From the NCBI GenBank assembly GCA_000091205.1, contig AP006488.2: 64,000 nucleotides of DNA; one strand, written 5' to 3'. The position numbers and the translations under genes were made by a program. Shown in pieces: positions 35,337 through 46,619 of this stretch (the first letter of the stretch is position 1; the number at the start of each line of letters is the position of its first letter). The notes under the pieces were generated by a model. That model saw only the letters and a program-made list of their open reading frames with translations. It was not told the DNA's origin and did not search any database. This stretch comes from Cyanidioschyzon merolae. Its lineage: Eukaryota.

Positions 35337-35810
35337 TCATGAAAGGAGTTTCGAGAAGCTTTCGATGACGAAAATCTCGAAACGACTTCCCGGAAGTGCT
35401 CTTTCGCGTCCGCCCGAAGTAGTGTGATTAAGCACGTGGCCGTTCTGTGAGTTATTTGGAACGTCGGACTCTTCGAACAAGTTTGCTAGCCAGTCTGCAC
35501 CAACAGATACGCTTAAATATATATTTCGCTGAAGAAGTGCACCTAAGCGTTTTGCTAGCCTGCGAGAAGCATCACTGCACAGGGAGTAGTCCAGCTGAGG
35601 CAGAAGCAGCGTGGGTTCTATTATAGTATTCGCGTTTCTTCTGTCACCTGAGAATAGTTGCAACGCTGTCGAACTCAAAGCAAGCCTGGAAGCTTCTCCG
35701 GAACGAATGTCTCTTCCAAGCCAAAGCCACAAAGTTTCTGGTCCGATACTCACTGACTGAAAGCAGAAGACGGAACCTTCGAACTCCTCCGTTGTGAACC
35801 TAACGTCCAT
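35337..35810 (-). CDS. Hypothetical small protein, possibly a proteasome assembly chaperone 3 (PAC3/PSMG3)-like fold
   Basis: A 157-aa ORF. There is weak pattern similarity to PSMG3: TEEFEGSVFCFQSV / TEVVCGVPTQVVCTAF, and TLLLPQLDYSLCSDASRRLAKRLGALLQRNIYLSVSV / VLLGQDEPLIHVFAKNLVAFVSQEAGNRAVLLAVAV. Low confidence. Confidence 0.25.
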   Translation of the reverse strand: MDVRFTTEEFEGSVFCFQSVSIGPETLWLWLGRDIRSGEASRLALSSTALQLFSGDRRNANTIIEPTLLLPQLDYSLCSDASRRLAKRLGALLQRNIYLSVSVGADWLANLFEESDVPNNSQNGHVLNHTTSGGRERALPGSRFEIFVIESFSKLLS

Positions 35811-36385
35811 ACTTCTAAACAGAAAGGTATCGATTTCTGTTTTTGTTATGGCCTGCTACACGCCAAACAGATAACGCGCAATCCTCACGTTAACGCTAGA
35901 AAGACTAAATTTCAAATCCATTCAATATGAATGGCTTGAAGCATCCAACATAGAGCTTACCGAGTTGCGCGTCAAATAGTCCTTCTTTGTACCAAGCTGA
36001 TTGAGATGTTGGACAAGAGCCTAGTACTAATATAGCCAAAGACTCGATATTTCCAGATATCATAGTGAGGCAAGTTATATTGGTTGCGCAATTTCCGACA
36101 TTGTTTACGGATATGATAAAATAGACCGAGATGAATCGCTTCATGTGGTCAAAAATTAGAAAGCTCGCTGGATTTTAATCTGCAGACGGCAAGGCATTTT
36201 GATGCGGATCTTCGAATTTCCTCGAGTGCGCTGCCGACAAATTGTGGGCGCTGCTAATGGGATTTCTGATCGAACTTAGCGTTACAGGTTCCCCAGAGGA
36301 ATACGAAAAAGTCATTGAAACCTTTACAATTTTTCCTATGGATCGCCGACGCAGGTCCGGCGGAGCTCCGGAAAAAGTCTTTTAT

Positions 36386-37516
36386 TTACAGTGGATTCTT
36401 TTCAACGAGCTCGGCCGGGAGACTACGGATTCGAATCTTCAAGAACTGTTCGATTTGCTGTAATTGAAGTTTGTTTTCCTTGGTGATAATAGTGATTCCA
36501 ATGCCCCTTCGGCCAAATCTTCCACACCTTCCGACTCGGTGCACATAGATGCTCGGTTTCAACGGCACATCGAAGTTGATGACGAGTACAACCCCAGGAA
36601 TATCCAAGCCCCTGCTTGCAACATCAGTTGCCACGAGAACGTTCGTCGTTCCCGAACGAAACTTATCAATCGCTGCGACCCGCTTGTCCTGAGGCTTTCC
36701 CCCATGAATGCCCTGAACTTCAAAGCCACGGAGTGAGATTTTCTTCTCTAACCAATCTGCTTTCTTCGACTCGTTCGTGAATATTATGCACTGAGATCTG
36801 ACCAGGTATCGTGAAAAAATATCGAAGACTGCACTGAGCTTCCATTTTTCTTCAGGAACTTCAACACGATAGTGCTGAATGCCAGCGTGCCAGTATGCTT
36901 CCGTGCTGCCTGTTGTAATGAAGTGCATGTCCCTTCGAAGGAAATCATGCAGACTCTCCATACCTGACATTGATGCAGTTGCAGATACGACAACGACTTG
37001 ACAAGTTTCTGGCATTATTCTGCAAATACGGGACACTTGTTTCTCAAGGCCAGCCGAAAGCATCTCGTCAATTTCATCTATGACCAGCAAGCGCACCGTG
37101 TTAGCACTCATCGTTCCTGTATTTGAGAACTGTTGCAGAATTTTCCCAGGTGTGCCGCTCCATACGTGCGCGGCTCCTTTGACCTGGACTGCACCATGGC
37201 ATACCGAGCAACGCAGGCACACGTATTTAGAACCAATACGCTCGATCAAAACTGCTGTTTGCTGCGCAAGCTCTTTAGTCGGTGAAAGCAGAACAGCTTG
37301 GAGGCAGTTTTCTGCTGGGTTCACAACGTGGTTTACTGCTATGGCCAGCAGTGTGGTTTTCCCGCTTCCGCTGTGATCCTGCAATATAATATTCTCTTCT
37401 TTTATGATAAAAGGAAGGGCTTTGGCCTGGATTCCTGAAGGAATAAAAAAGGAGCACCGTAGTAGGCCACACTGAACTGCTGGTTTTAAGCCGAAATCAA
37501 GAAAAGATTGCTGCAT
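36386..37516 (-). CDS. eIF4A-like DEAD-box ATP-dependent RNA helicase; motif II reads DEID. The ORF is open to 37609, but the likely start is the Met at 37516, right at the edge of repeat R1.
   Basis: Q-motif region FLDFGLKPAVQCGLLRCSFFIPSGIQAKALP. Motif I DHSGSGKTT. Ia PTKELAQQ. II LVIDEIDEML. III VSATAS. V/VI ILVATDVASRGLDIPGVVLVINFDVP and HRVGRCGRFGRRG. These are close to eIF4A (HRIGRGGRFGRKG). Confidence 0.85.
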   Translation of the reverse strand: MQQSFLDFGLKPAVQCGLLRCSFFIPSGIQAKALPFIIKEENIILQDHSGSGKTTLLAIAVNHVVNPAENCLQAVLLSPTKELAQQTAVLIERIGSKYVCLRCSVCHGAVQVKGAAHVWSGTPGKILQQFSNTGTMSANTVRLLVIDEIDEMLSAGLEKQVSRICRIMPETCQVVVVSATASMSGMESLHDFLRRDMHFITTGSTEAYWHAGIQHYRVEVPEEKWKLSAVFDIFSRYLVRSQCIIFTNESKKADWLEKKISLRGFEVQGIHGGKPQDKRVAAIDKFRSGTTNVLVATDVASRGLDIPGVVLVINFDVPLKPSIYVHRVGRCGRFGRRGIGITIITKENKLQLQQIEQFLKIRIRSLPAELVEKNPL

Positions 37517-37530
37517 GTCAGCAGACTGCG

Positions 37531-39658
37531 GAGGCAAATCGTCCCGCCACCACCTCTCCACAAATATGAGCACGCTTTCGCTTCTGGCAGAGGCAGCCCC
37601 AGGTTTCACACACTACTCAAGCTCCGGCGTTGTCCGAAACACACTATCCTACACACTGCTCCCCAGCAGCAGGCGCGGAGACTGATGATCGTCTGGTCGG
37701 CCGCACGGCGCGCGGTGCCATGCACTGGAATCGGTAGGCAGCAGGTACCACAGCCTGCAGCGTATACGATTAGAAACGGCTATACTGAGCTATGGAAAAC
37801 GAGGTCTATGTTTTGTTGCAGCGAACCTCAGCCATAAATTGAGTATTCCCCATGAAAACCAGGAACGACCGTTCCAGGCAGAGCTTGCAGACGTTTGTTG
37901 TTTCGACGGTAGGTTTACCACGACGCGCATAAAAGTATTCCGCTCAGGTGCGGGCCACAAACACAGCCTCGAGCACAGTGCTCCTGCGAGCCGCGAGCGC
38001 CTTGATAACGTGTTGAGTAACGGGAGCAACGCGAACACAGCGGCGATGTGAACAGAACGTGCAGTCCTGCGGCCTGTCGCGCGCGAGATAGCGCTGTAAG
38101 AGTCGCGGTGTCGGGCTTTTTCGCGGACGCTCGCGTGAGGCCGAGTCTCGTGCAGCGCCCAGCGACAGACCACGTGCACTCGTGCACTCGACTGCGCGCT
38201 GCTGCCTGCATGTGCAGCACCAGCTCGGATACCAGCGTCAATGCCAGAGCTATCGAAACGCCAGGCTAGGATGGGCCAGTGAAGCGCTCGCTCTGTGCCT
38301 GCCTTTTGAACATTTCCCCGACTTTTCCTCGATACACGGCCTCGACATTCAATGTGCGGCTCTAACTGCTACTCGACTCAATGTTAGAGTTAGAATCCTC
38401 GGTCGTGTGTTCAGGGCGGCTCGTTTGACTCCTTTCTCCTGGCATTCGTGGCGCCAACGGAATCAAGATGACTCGGGGCGCCGTCGAACACGCGTTGGTG
38501 GCATATCCGAAAATATGGTTTTCCGGTTCGAGCGCCCAAGCGTCCACGCTTGTCCTTGCCTAAAATGTAGCCTGCCCGGATCACGCATGCTTCGCGTACT
38601 CAATGGACCTGCTTGGAGGCCACCCGTGGGCACTGCAATTTGTGCAGATGGATTTGCGAGGCGGACAACTCGACGTCGTGCCCTGGCGACATGCTCGCAG
38701 GCTCATGCCGGGCGTTCACTTTACTTGACACGCCGAATGGTGGATTCGGTTCGAGAGACCGATCGTGCGCTGCTTGCGGCCGTCGACGACTCGGCATTCG
38801 ACAGCAGCATGGTACCACTCAGGGCTGGTACGCTCGCAGATGTTCCTGTCTCCCCTGTTCGGACTGCAACGAGACATGCACCGGGCCTCGAGGCACCGCA
38901 TGGATCGCTCTCAGCAGAGCGTGCGTCACTGCTGAGCACGAAGCGAGTGCAGAGGGGTCGACACTTCTGGATCGACAGTTCTTGATCGAGCTCGTCTGTA
39001 CTGATATCCCAGAACTTGCATCGTCATCGACAACATTGCGTTCCGCAAATGCTTTGTCGAACGGAGCAACGAACGCATTCGTATGCAGCGGTTAGCGTAC
39101 TCGCCGAGTGATCGCCAAGAAGAAGCGGATCATCATCGCAGGGTCCGGCATCTGAAGCTGAGCCCGAGGGGGGCATTGACGGGTGTCGTCTGTAGCCATA
39201 GAAGGCATGCACTGAGCGACGGAGCTGGTGTCCTCGTCCCCCAGAGCAGCCCACGGAGGGGCAGGCGCAGTGGACACACAGGAATCGCGGATCACGGTGA
39301 TGGGTCCGCGCTGCAAAGCGCTTACCTGGGCTGTTTATAGAAGAGGTGCACGAATCGAGTGCGGCATGGACCCGAACTGCTGCCTGATGATGAAATGCGT
39401 TCGCGAGAGCGGGAAGCAGTAGAATCGGGGCTTGCGCGTTGCTATCAGCAGACCTCGACTGCTGAGACTGAACCATGAGGCACCGGAGAGACCTGCTCAT
39501 TTCAGGCGGGGGATGAGATAGAGAGCGATGAAAAGGTATCGGTTGCTGGAAAGCCCGGAGAGACTTGTAATGATGACAGTGGGAACTGACCGATTGTTTA
39601 TGGTGCACACCTGCTTTAGCGAAGTGGGACGCGTTCCACTTGAGTCTGACATGGGTAT
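37531..39658 (+). repeat. Repeat R1 copy A (full-length, ~2.13 kb); near-identical to 54995..57095, and its right ~1.39 kb matches 59721..61108
   Basis: ORF-track proteins in A and B are identical or differ by one residue at a constant +17464 offset: 37790..38179 = 55254..55643; 38182..38985 = 55646..56449 with a single H/L difference; 38613..39095 = 56077..56559. The flanks diverge at gaggcaaatc (left) and after gacatgggtat (right). Confidence 0.9.
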
Positions 39659-40914
39659 AGCTGCAAACCCATGAACGATTCAAGCTTTTGCCCGATCGAC
39701 GCACAAATGCCAGTATTTTAGACCTCATCGGTCAAGTGGCTTGCCTTACCTGTGGGGAGATACCCAGGGGAACGCGACGCGGATACACTCGCAGGTGCTC
39801 AGACAGCCGGTATTCTAGCGTCAATTCGAGTTCCCGGAATCGCTACGAGCTTTGGGGGTTGTAATTTTCTTCCAGCGTCGCTTATGACTGTTCGATTTGT
39901 ACCATCTCCAGGCATCGCTGCGGAGGGAGCATAAAATGCAGCCAAACGAGTTGCAAGATGTGCGAAACTGGCGGGCTTCGTTCCTGGCGTTGGCGCCTGA
40001 TGGTGCTAACGCACTCCCGTCAGAGATGCCCGAGCATATTCTTAATTTTGTCTTTTTCGGCTCTATTCGCCGCTCAAAACTGGATCGCGCGTTTGGAGGA
40101 AGTCACCGCATCGGTTGTACCATTGCCATGAAGGTTGCGACAGCGGTTTAGGGAGCACTTTCCACGGCTCGTGGCGGTGCAGTTGCTACCCAAGCTCCCG
40201 GGACTGTTTCATTGAAAACTGTTATCTGCGCTGAAGGCGCTGTTGCTTTGAAATGGGAGGACTTCCGCTGCAGTTACAGCCGCTTCGGTTTTGGTGTACA
40301 ACGAAGACGTAGGCAAAACCACCTCGCTGAAACTTGCTGTGGCAGCGAACCCTGCGAGCTAAGCATAAACGAAAGCTGTTTTGAAAATACGTCGCCGCGT
40401 CTTGTCTAAGACGCAGGGGATAGGCGGATGTCCGAGGGACGTATTCGAAGGACTTGCACGTTCACGAATGAGTGCATAGTATCGAATAATTGTGTCTTTG
40501 TAACCAGTATTATGAGTAATCTTCCGCCTGACCGTCAAACGTATCCAAAACAAACGAGGCGGATCCTCAGGTATAATACGTATCTTCGAAAGCGTATTAG
40601 AAGTCTTAACGCAGTAACAAGCCTTAACCGGTGCGCTGGTGAATTACTACAGAGTTTTCGTACCTTACCGGCTTTCTTACTATTTGAATAGATCCATAGT
40701 GGCCGCCTTTCGTTTCTTTGTCATATGGCGGCTTTCTCGCACACTGCGTGCATTCTCTCTGGAACCAATTAAAAATGGCGCCTTCGCTTGACCGCACGCG
40801 ACTGTTTTGGACCACTCGAAGTAAGAAGAAATCTCCACAAGTCCCAGAGCAGAGATTCTGCCAATGAATTGCCGATTCGTATGCCATAATCTCCACCTGC
40901 AGCGTTCCGTAACT

Positions 40915-42768
40915 TCATCTGTTGTCGCGTCCAGGCATGGCGCCTCCGTTTCCAAATAGTACGTGCCAAGCTTCCTCAGCGTCGCCGGAGACAAGATCGA
41001 CGATTGCAAACTCGGTCGGACTGGTACGATTGCAAAATTTTCCAGGGCATACGATGCAACATCCATGCGCCTCGCAAGCGAAATTGCTTTCAGATCCACC
41101 AATAACTAAAAGATCAGGACGCATTGGTTTCAGTTCTTGAACAAGACTATAATCTATAGGAATCTTCGAGCCAGAGGGATCATATGGGAATAAGGTGTCC
41201 TGCCGTATGATTTCTGCGCTGCATTCTTCCATACGTGGAATCTTGCTCCCTCCACAGAGGCACGAAAGGCGCATTTCATCCAGAATAGGCAAGTTCATGA
41301 TAGCGACTCTCATAGAGTCTCGTCGGTCGAGTTCGATGCGGAACGAAGTCGGGTTACCAATTTTGACTATCGGATCCGCAGAAAATTCGTATGGTTTTTG
41401 AGGAAAGACCGGTAAATGATGCATCAAGTCATCAATCGCTGGAGAGATCAGGAAGGTAGTTGACCGCATTTCTCGTGCAATATTTTGCAGCGCTTGGAGC
41501 ACCCTTTCTCCTTGCACGAATTTGTCCACAAGATTCAGTGTTGCGTCGCCCGCATCTGGATTCTCCTCAACAAGTGGGCCCATTATGCATACTGCATCAG
41601 GTTCCAGTTCCGCAACCTTTTTCTTCAAGAAATCGAATATGTCCCAGTCCGGGTCTTCAGGTTGAATATAGGGGCCTACCATGAGGAGAATCCTCCATTT
41701 CGGTCGTAAGCTGCTTGGTTTCATAGATACTACCCGCTTTCTCTGTCGAGGCACCTCTTCCGTTACAAACATATCATCTACAATTTGATGGACCTCAAAG
41801 ATATGCCCGGGTAGATCGAGGCCAACGAAACCGGCGACTTTGCCTGGATATAGCAAGTATGTATGCAGCTTTGACAGTTCAAGCTGCACCATCACACCTT
41901 CGTCGTCTTCAAGAAACACCTCTCGGTTACGTTCATGCCCTTGAATCGAAAACAACACTTGTCCGACAATGAAACGCCCATCAACAGGTTCTCCCGATGT
42001 TTCCATAAGACTCTCAATGCGTCCGGAACTTTGGAGGGCGTCAAAGGCGTCATGAATTCGCTTTCGTTGTGATTCCTTTCTTTTCTCTAGACAATCGAAC
42101 ATCAGCTTTTCAGGCCACACCTCAAGATCAAGCCCCGGCGGCGGACGAGTGATACGGAAGGATGGTCGCAGGTTTGCGCGAGAGGAATTTACGACAACCC
42201 CATCAACGCCATGCGAAGAAAGATCAACAAAAGGGTCCCGATGTGGAAACAGATCTAGAAACTCCTCCTGGGACTGCGTGCTTTCGGGCATGAATCCATG
42301 TTTTGGATGGGAACTCTCCGTCAGTGTGTCGCTCGAAAGATACGGATTTTCAGGTGAAACTGGGGCAGTTTGACGCTGCACCTCTGGGAGCGAGTGCTCC
42401 TCCGGCTTATCGACTGGCAGCGGTGCTCTCCGGCGAACCGCCTCCGCGATAAGTTCAGTAGACTCGGAAACTCTTGCCCGAGAGCACTTGCTCTTTTTGG
42501 CAGAGGCAGCGAGTTTCGAAGTGAACTCTTCAACTGTGTCCTCAGAAAGCTCCTTCCTCGTGTTCAAAAGGTACAGTTCGAGCTTCGCCGCAGTCGCTTC
42601 CAGGTCGATTCCGAGCTCTGAGCAGGTGCTCGCGAGCCTCGAGAGTGCAGCCCTAGCGCTCGAGACCGAGGCGTTCGCTAAGGAAGGATACCTTCTGAGC
42701 AGAAACTCCACAGCAACCGAAGTAGCCATGAGGTGAAAACAAGCCGAAAGTTTCGCACTTCTTGACAC
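40915..42768 (-). CDS. POLA2: DNA polymerase alpha subunit B (POLA2/Pol12 family; inactive calcineurin-like phosphoesterase fold)
   Basis: A 617-aa ORF. An N-terminal helical domain is followed by a C-terminal region with the motif LLMVGPYIQPEDPDWDIFDFLKKKVAELEPDAVCIMGPLVEE and a downstream D..LLVIGGSES block, as expected for the DNA_pol_E_B family. Confidence 0.7.
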   Translation of the reverse strand: MSRSAKLSACFHLMATSVAVEFLLRRYPSLANASVSSARAALSRLASTCSELGIDLEATAAKLELYLLNTRKELSEDTVEEFTSKLAASAKKSKCSRARVSESTELIAEAVRRRAPLPVDKPEEHSLPEVQRQTAPVSPENPYLSSDTLTESSHPKHGFMPESTQSQEEFLDLFPHRDPFVDLSSHGVDGVVVNSSRANLRPSFRITRPPPGLDLEVWPEKLMFDCLEKRKESQRKRIHDAFDALQSSGRIESLMETSGEPVDGRFIVGQVLFSIQGHERNREVFLEDDEGVMVQLELSKLHTYLLYPGKVAGFVGLDLPGHIFEVHQIVDDMFVTEEVPRQRKRVVSMKPSSLRPKWRILLMVGPYIQPEDPDWDIFDFLKKKVAELEPDAVCIMGPLVEENPDAGDATLNLVDKFVQGERVLQALQNIAREMRSTTFLISPAIDDLMHHLPVFPQKPYEFSADPIVKIGNPTSFRIELDRRDSMRVAIMNLPILDEMRLSCLCGGSKIPRMEECSAEIIRQDTLFPYDPSGSKIPIDYSLVQELKPMRPDLLVIGGSESNFACEAHGCCIVCPGKFCNRTSPTEFAIVDLVSGDAEEAWHVLFGNGGAMPGRDNR

Positions 42769-43193
42769 GCCTCATCCAATATCTTTCGCGCCATTATTGA
42801 TTTCGAGATCCAGTTTACGCGCAAAGAGTGCATGCGATCGATGGACGATTCCACGAGACTTGAAGCAATCTGCTTCAAACAATTTTTGCTGATCGAAAAT
42901 GTTTAGCCACTTTCGACCCCTGCATTCCACTGCTCACACTTTGAGACTCCACACATGCAGCACTATCCCGCATCCAAGAAATGAGTGTATAAATTACTCC
43001 GCGACTTTTACGCAATCTCCAGTATCCATTGGTTTTGCAAGATGGCTGCGAGCAACAAAAGCAAAATCAATGGGGCGTTCTGGGGCAGATGCTCGGGAAC
43101 TGACTGCTCCGAGTACAACCGCCACAGCATTTATTCGCAGCGAGGAAAGCCATTATTGTGGTGGGAGATACCTCGTTCTCTACCGTTTAGAAT

Positions 43194-44645
43194 TCAGGGA
43201 ATGCTGGTTAGGCGAACGAGAGCACGCACGAACGAGTGCACATCGCTAAAGGAGTTGTACAGAGGAACCGGGGCAACGCGCAAAATATTCGGTTCACGTG
43301 CATCGCAGATGAATCCCTCGTTCGCGAGCCTTTCGCACAGCTCCTTGGCAGTGGCGGAGCAGTTCAACTTGAGGGAAAGTTGGCACCCACGGCTGTTTGG
43401 GTCCTGAGGTGTGATGATCAAAACTTTTTCTTTCACTAGTTGCTCCAACAAAAGCTCCAAATATCCTGTAAGCAGCACGGACTTTTGGCGAATTGCTTGC
43501 ATTCCACCGGCCATCCGAAAAATCTCCAACGAGGCCACAACAGGGGCAAGTGCGAGGATCGGTGGATTACTCAACTGAAAGCTCTTCGCGCCGCTCGGCA
43601 GTGAGAGTGCACGCGGCGTTTCAAAGCGACACGAGCGCTCGAGGCCCCACCATCCGCACAAGCGAGGCAATCGCTCTAAATCCGTGGCACAGGTATGCTT
43701 TTCGTTCACGAAGCATCCGGCTACCGCACCGGGTCCACCATTCATGTACTTGTAGCAACACCAGCAGGCAAAGTCTGGCGCCCACTCATGCAATTTCAGG
43801 ACGACGTTCCCGACTGCATGGGCCAGATCAAATCCAATCTTTATATCTTTTGATGTCTTTCGCACGATGTTCACAAGCTCCTCCATCGGTAGCAGCTGAC
43901 CGGTCAAGTACTGCACGCCAGGGAGCAAGACCAGAGCAATTTCATCTGAATATTCGTTCAAAACAGACTCGAGTTGATTCAAATCGATAAGCCCGGCGTC
44001 CTCAGAGCCCGCTCCTACCTCTAGTATTGCCGTTGCCGGATCATAACCGTGGTAGGCGACCTGTGACAGCACAACACATCGATCTGATGGAAAAGAATGC
44101 TTCTCGATGAGGATGCGATGACGCTTAGCCGTTGGGCGATAGAAAGCAATCATCATTAGATGAAGGTTAACTGTTAGCGAGTTCATGTACACAACCTCAT
44201 GAGGTAGCGCGCCAACGATCTCCGCACCGCCTACATTTAGTGGCCTCTCGTCGAAAGTGTACCATGGGTCCGGCCCTTCGAAGTGTCCCCGAACGCCCAG
44301 ACGGGCCCACAGCTCAAGGTGTTCAGAAACAAGTCTATAAGCACGCTTGGGTAAAAGGCCTAAAGAGTGACCACAGAGGTAAACGGCCGCTTTTTCGTCG
44401 TGCTGATCGCAGATTCCGCCACGTAGGTGGTTCTTTGGTGCATCACTTGCCAATTCTAAAGAAGGACAACTTGAAGAAAGTGTACCTGTCGGTCCCCGGC
44501 CTGGACAGTAGAACTCCTGCCTGAAGACTGCGAGCACGTCGTTCTCGTCCAGACTCTCAGCGCCTTTTTCGTCCACTAGCTCTGCTACTGTCTTGCAGCT
44601 CTCCCGCGTTGCTGCGAAAAGCTGCTGCAAAACAGAGGCGTGCAT
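43194..44645 (-). CDS. KYNU: Kynureninase (PLP-dependent; tryptophan catabolism / de novo NAD pathway)
   Basis: AVYLCGHSLGLLPKRAY...HLELWARLGVRGHFEGPDPWYTFDE and DFACWCCYKYMNGGPGAVAGCFVNEKH match the kynureninase signatures (YLDGNSLGLMPK ... [27 protein letters not shown]). Length is 483 aa. Confidence 0.85.
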   Translation of the reverse strand: MHASVLQQLFAATRESCKTVAELVDEKGAESLDENDVLAVFRQEFYCPGRGPTGTLSSSCPSLELASDAPKNHLRGGICDQHDEKAAVYLCGHSLGLLPKRAYRLVSEHLELWARLGVRGHFEGPDPWYTFDERPLNVGGAEIVGALPHEVVYMNSLTVNLHLMMIAFYRPTAKRHRILIEKHSFPSDRCVVLSQVAYHGYDPATAILEVGAGSEDAGLIDLNQLESVLNEYSDEIALVLLPGVQYLTGQLLPMEELVNIVRKTSKDIKIGFDLAHAVGNVVLKLHEWAPDFACWCCYKYMNGGPGAVAGCFVNEKHTCATDLERLPRLCGWWGLERSCRFETPRALSLPSGAKSFQLSNPPILALAPVVASLEIFRMAGGMQAIRQKSVLLTGYLELLLEQLVKEKVLIITPQDPNSRGCQLSLKLNCSATAKELCERLANEGFICDAREPNILRVAPVPLYNSFSDVHSFVRALVRLTSIP

Positions 44646-46313
44646 TTTGTTTAAAATGAAGAGCTTCCTGGGAAAGCTCCAGGAACGGTCTGAAGTACGC
44701 GCAGTGCGCGTTCAAACAGCCAACTAAACGTCATTATTTGCGAGATGAGGAATTCATGTCGAAAATTAAGCGTCTCTCCATAGGCCTCAGATTGGAACGG
44801 AATACTGAACTCTTCATTCTGTTTCCAGTATTCGTTTTTTCGATTTTTTGATGTACAGTCGCGACCTTCGAAGTGCAGCATTTAAACCCGACGGACTGAA
44901 GCTCACATTTAGTTTTCTGGGCTTTTTTTCTGGAATGGCTTTTTCGACTCTGTGTGGCTAGAGCTCGTTTCGCGGCCGTCACAAAGATAATTCGCGAATC
45001 CCTCGAACACGGGTTCGTAAAACATACAATGTAATCATCCAATTCATTCGTATAAGCCTCTTATCTTCGCATTTAGATGTAGCGCTCCTTAATCACAAAT
45101 TCTTCAAGATTTTATTTTTTTTGTTTCGAGGCAACTCTTGCGTGCGGCAAATCTCATAGATGCATTGGGAACTAACACATCTCGAAGTTGCACCCCAAAG
45201 ACTTCTTCACAAGCTTATGCCGGAAGCTCAATGAACCTGTCGAGTATAATCATTGATTTCGTCCGAAACACAAGTCCTCCTCATTTCGTTGCCGTCGGCG
45301 AGACTGCATTCGACTGCAGTATGATATCTCTGTCGAGATGTGCTCCCAGAAGCTCCTATGTCTTCCGTTTGCATGGAAAAGAATGTTGGACCCGAGCTTT
45401 TCTCATTGCAGCGATCGCCTCCACTTGAGAGGGCGTTACAGCTTTGAACGAAAGGAGCGTACCTGGATCGAAATTTCTCGATTTGTTCTCCAGCATTTAG
45501 TGCGCATTCGGTCCCTTTTCATAACAAGCATCACCGCTTTCTACAAATCCTCTGTCGAATGGAACAATGCGTGCTTCGGCATGCAGCGGTCAGAGTACTC
45601 GCGAAGCAGATCGCACGGAATAAGCCCAAAATCGTAGGTACAGCACCTGACTCGGCAACGGAGGATGGCATCGACGGGAGCCCTCTACTACCGTCATAGA
45701 TATATACTGGGCGATGAGGCAAGCGTTCGCACGCCAGACGCCGGCCACCGGAGAAGAGCCGTGGTGGACTTATGTGAACAACTGACCACGGTCAAATGAA
45801 ACCGCTGCGATGGGCGCTCAGAGGCCGCATATGAAAAAGATAAAAATGGCAAGTAATTCTCAGATGGCAACTTCCATCTGCATAGGAAGTGCGTTAGCAG
45901 CAGCCGTAGGCAGCAAAATCGAGGCTTTGACACTGCCATCTACATGCCCCCAATGCTGGAAACCGAGCAGGAGGAACAGGAGTGGCCAGTTCGTTCAAAG
46001 ACGGAGGTAAGGGAGTGGAAAGGAAATCTATCGCGGAAAAATATCCGCAAAAGGCTCATGGCACGCCACTGGAAACACACCAAACCATTAGTCTATGCGT
46101 CCGCCGTAGAAAAGCGGACCCCTTCCGTTTCATTCTAATATAGGTGAGGCGAGTTCCGCCGGGCGGCGAGGTGCGTCAAGCTTCGTGAACTCGAACAGTC
46201 GCCCCGCAGAATTGCAATAACGTCTACGAGTTGCCCGAGTCCATATAATCATAATCGAATAACAGCAGATCCTCCGTTTATGTCAACAACCTAAAACTCC
46301 TAAACGTCCTTTG

Positions 46314-46619
46314 CTATTCGAGCTTGGCCAGAATTTCATCATCACGATAGATCATGAAGTCTTTGCCGTCAAGCTTGATCTGCGTGCCGCCAAACTCAGG
46401 AAGAAGTACAGTATCACCAACCTTACAAGACACGGGCAACACCTGGCCCTCTCGGGTGTAGGATCCAGGCCCAACTGCAACCACTTTGCCCTCGTTCAGC
46501 GCCTTTGCCGTCGCGCTCTCCGGAAGGAGAACACCAGCCGGTGTTGTCTTCTTCGGTACTATTTTTTCTACAAGCACGCGATCTAGAAGTGGAAGAATGC
46601 GTCTAGAGAGCGCTGACAT
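46314..46619 (-). CDS. CPN10: Chaperonin 10 (Cpn10/GroES/HSP10)
   Basis: A 101-aa ORF: RRILPLLDRVLVEKIVPKKTTPAGVLLPESA...GKVVAVGPG...GDTVLLPEFGGTQIKLDGKDFMIYRDDEILAKL is the canonical GroES fold sequence. Confidence 0.9.
   Translation of the reverse strand: MSALSRRILPLLDRVLVEKIVPKKTTPAGVLLPESATAKALNEGKVVAVGPGSYTREGQVLPVSCKVGDTVLLPEFGGTQIKLDGKDFMIYRDDEILAKLE

Noticed and set aside
38250-38300. 5S rRNA-like fragment (ggatgggccagtgaag) in R1
   Set aside because: Only a ~10-nt resemblance to the 5S GGAUGGGUGACC region. The flanks do not match the 5S consensus.
38500-38560. tRNA-like T-arm motif ggttttccggttcgagcgcc inside R1
   Set aside because: No complementary T-stem, acceptor stem or anticodon arm could be built around it.
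38182-38985. 267-aa ORF (and 160-aa and 234-aa ORFs) conserved in all R1 copies as candidate element-encoded proteins
   Set aside because: Copy identity is >99% at the nucleotide level, so ORF conservation carries no information about selection. No transposase, RT, integrase or other domain was recognised, and composition looks like GC-rich non-coding DNA. They are left unannotated pending homology searches.
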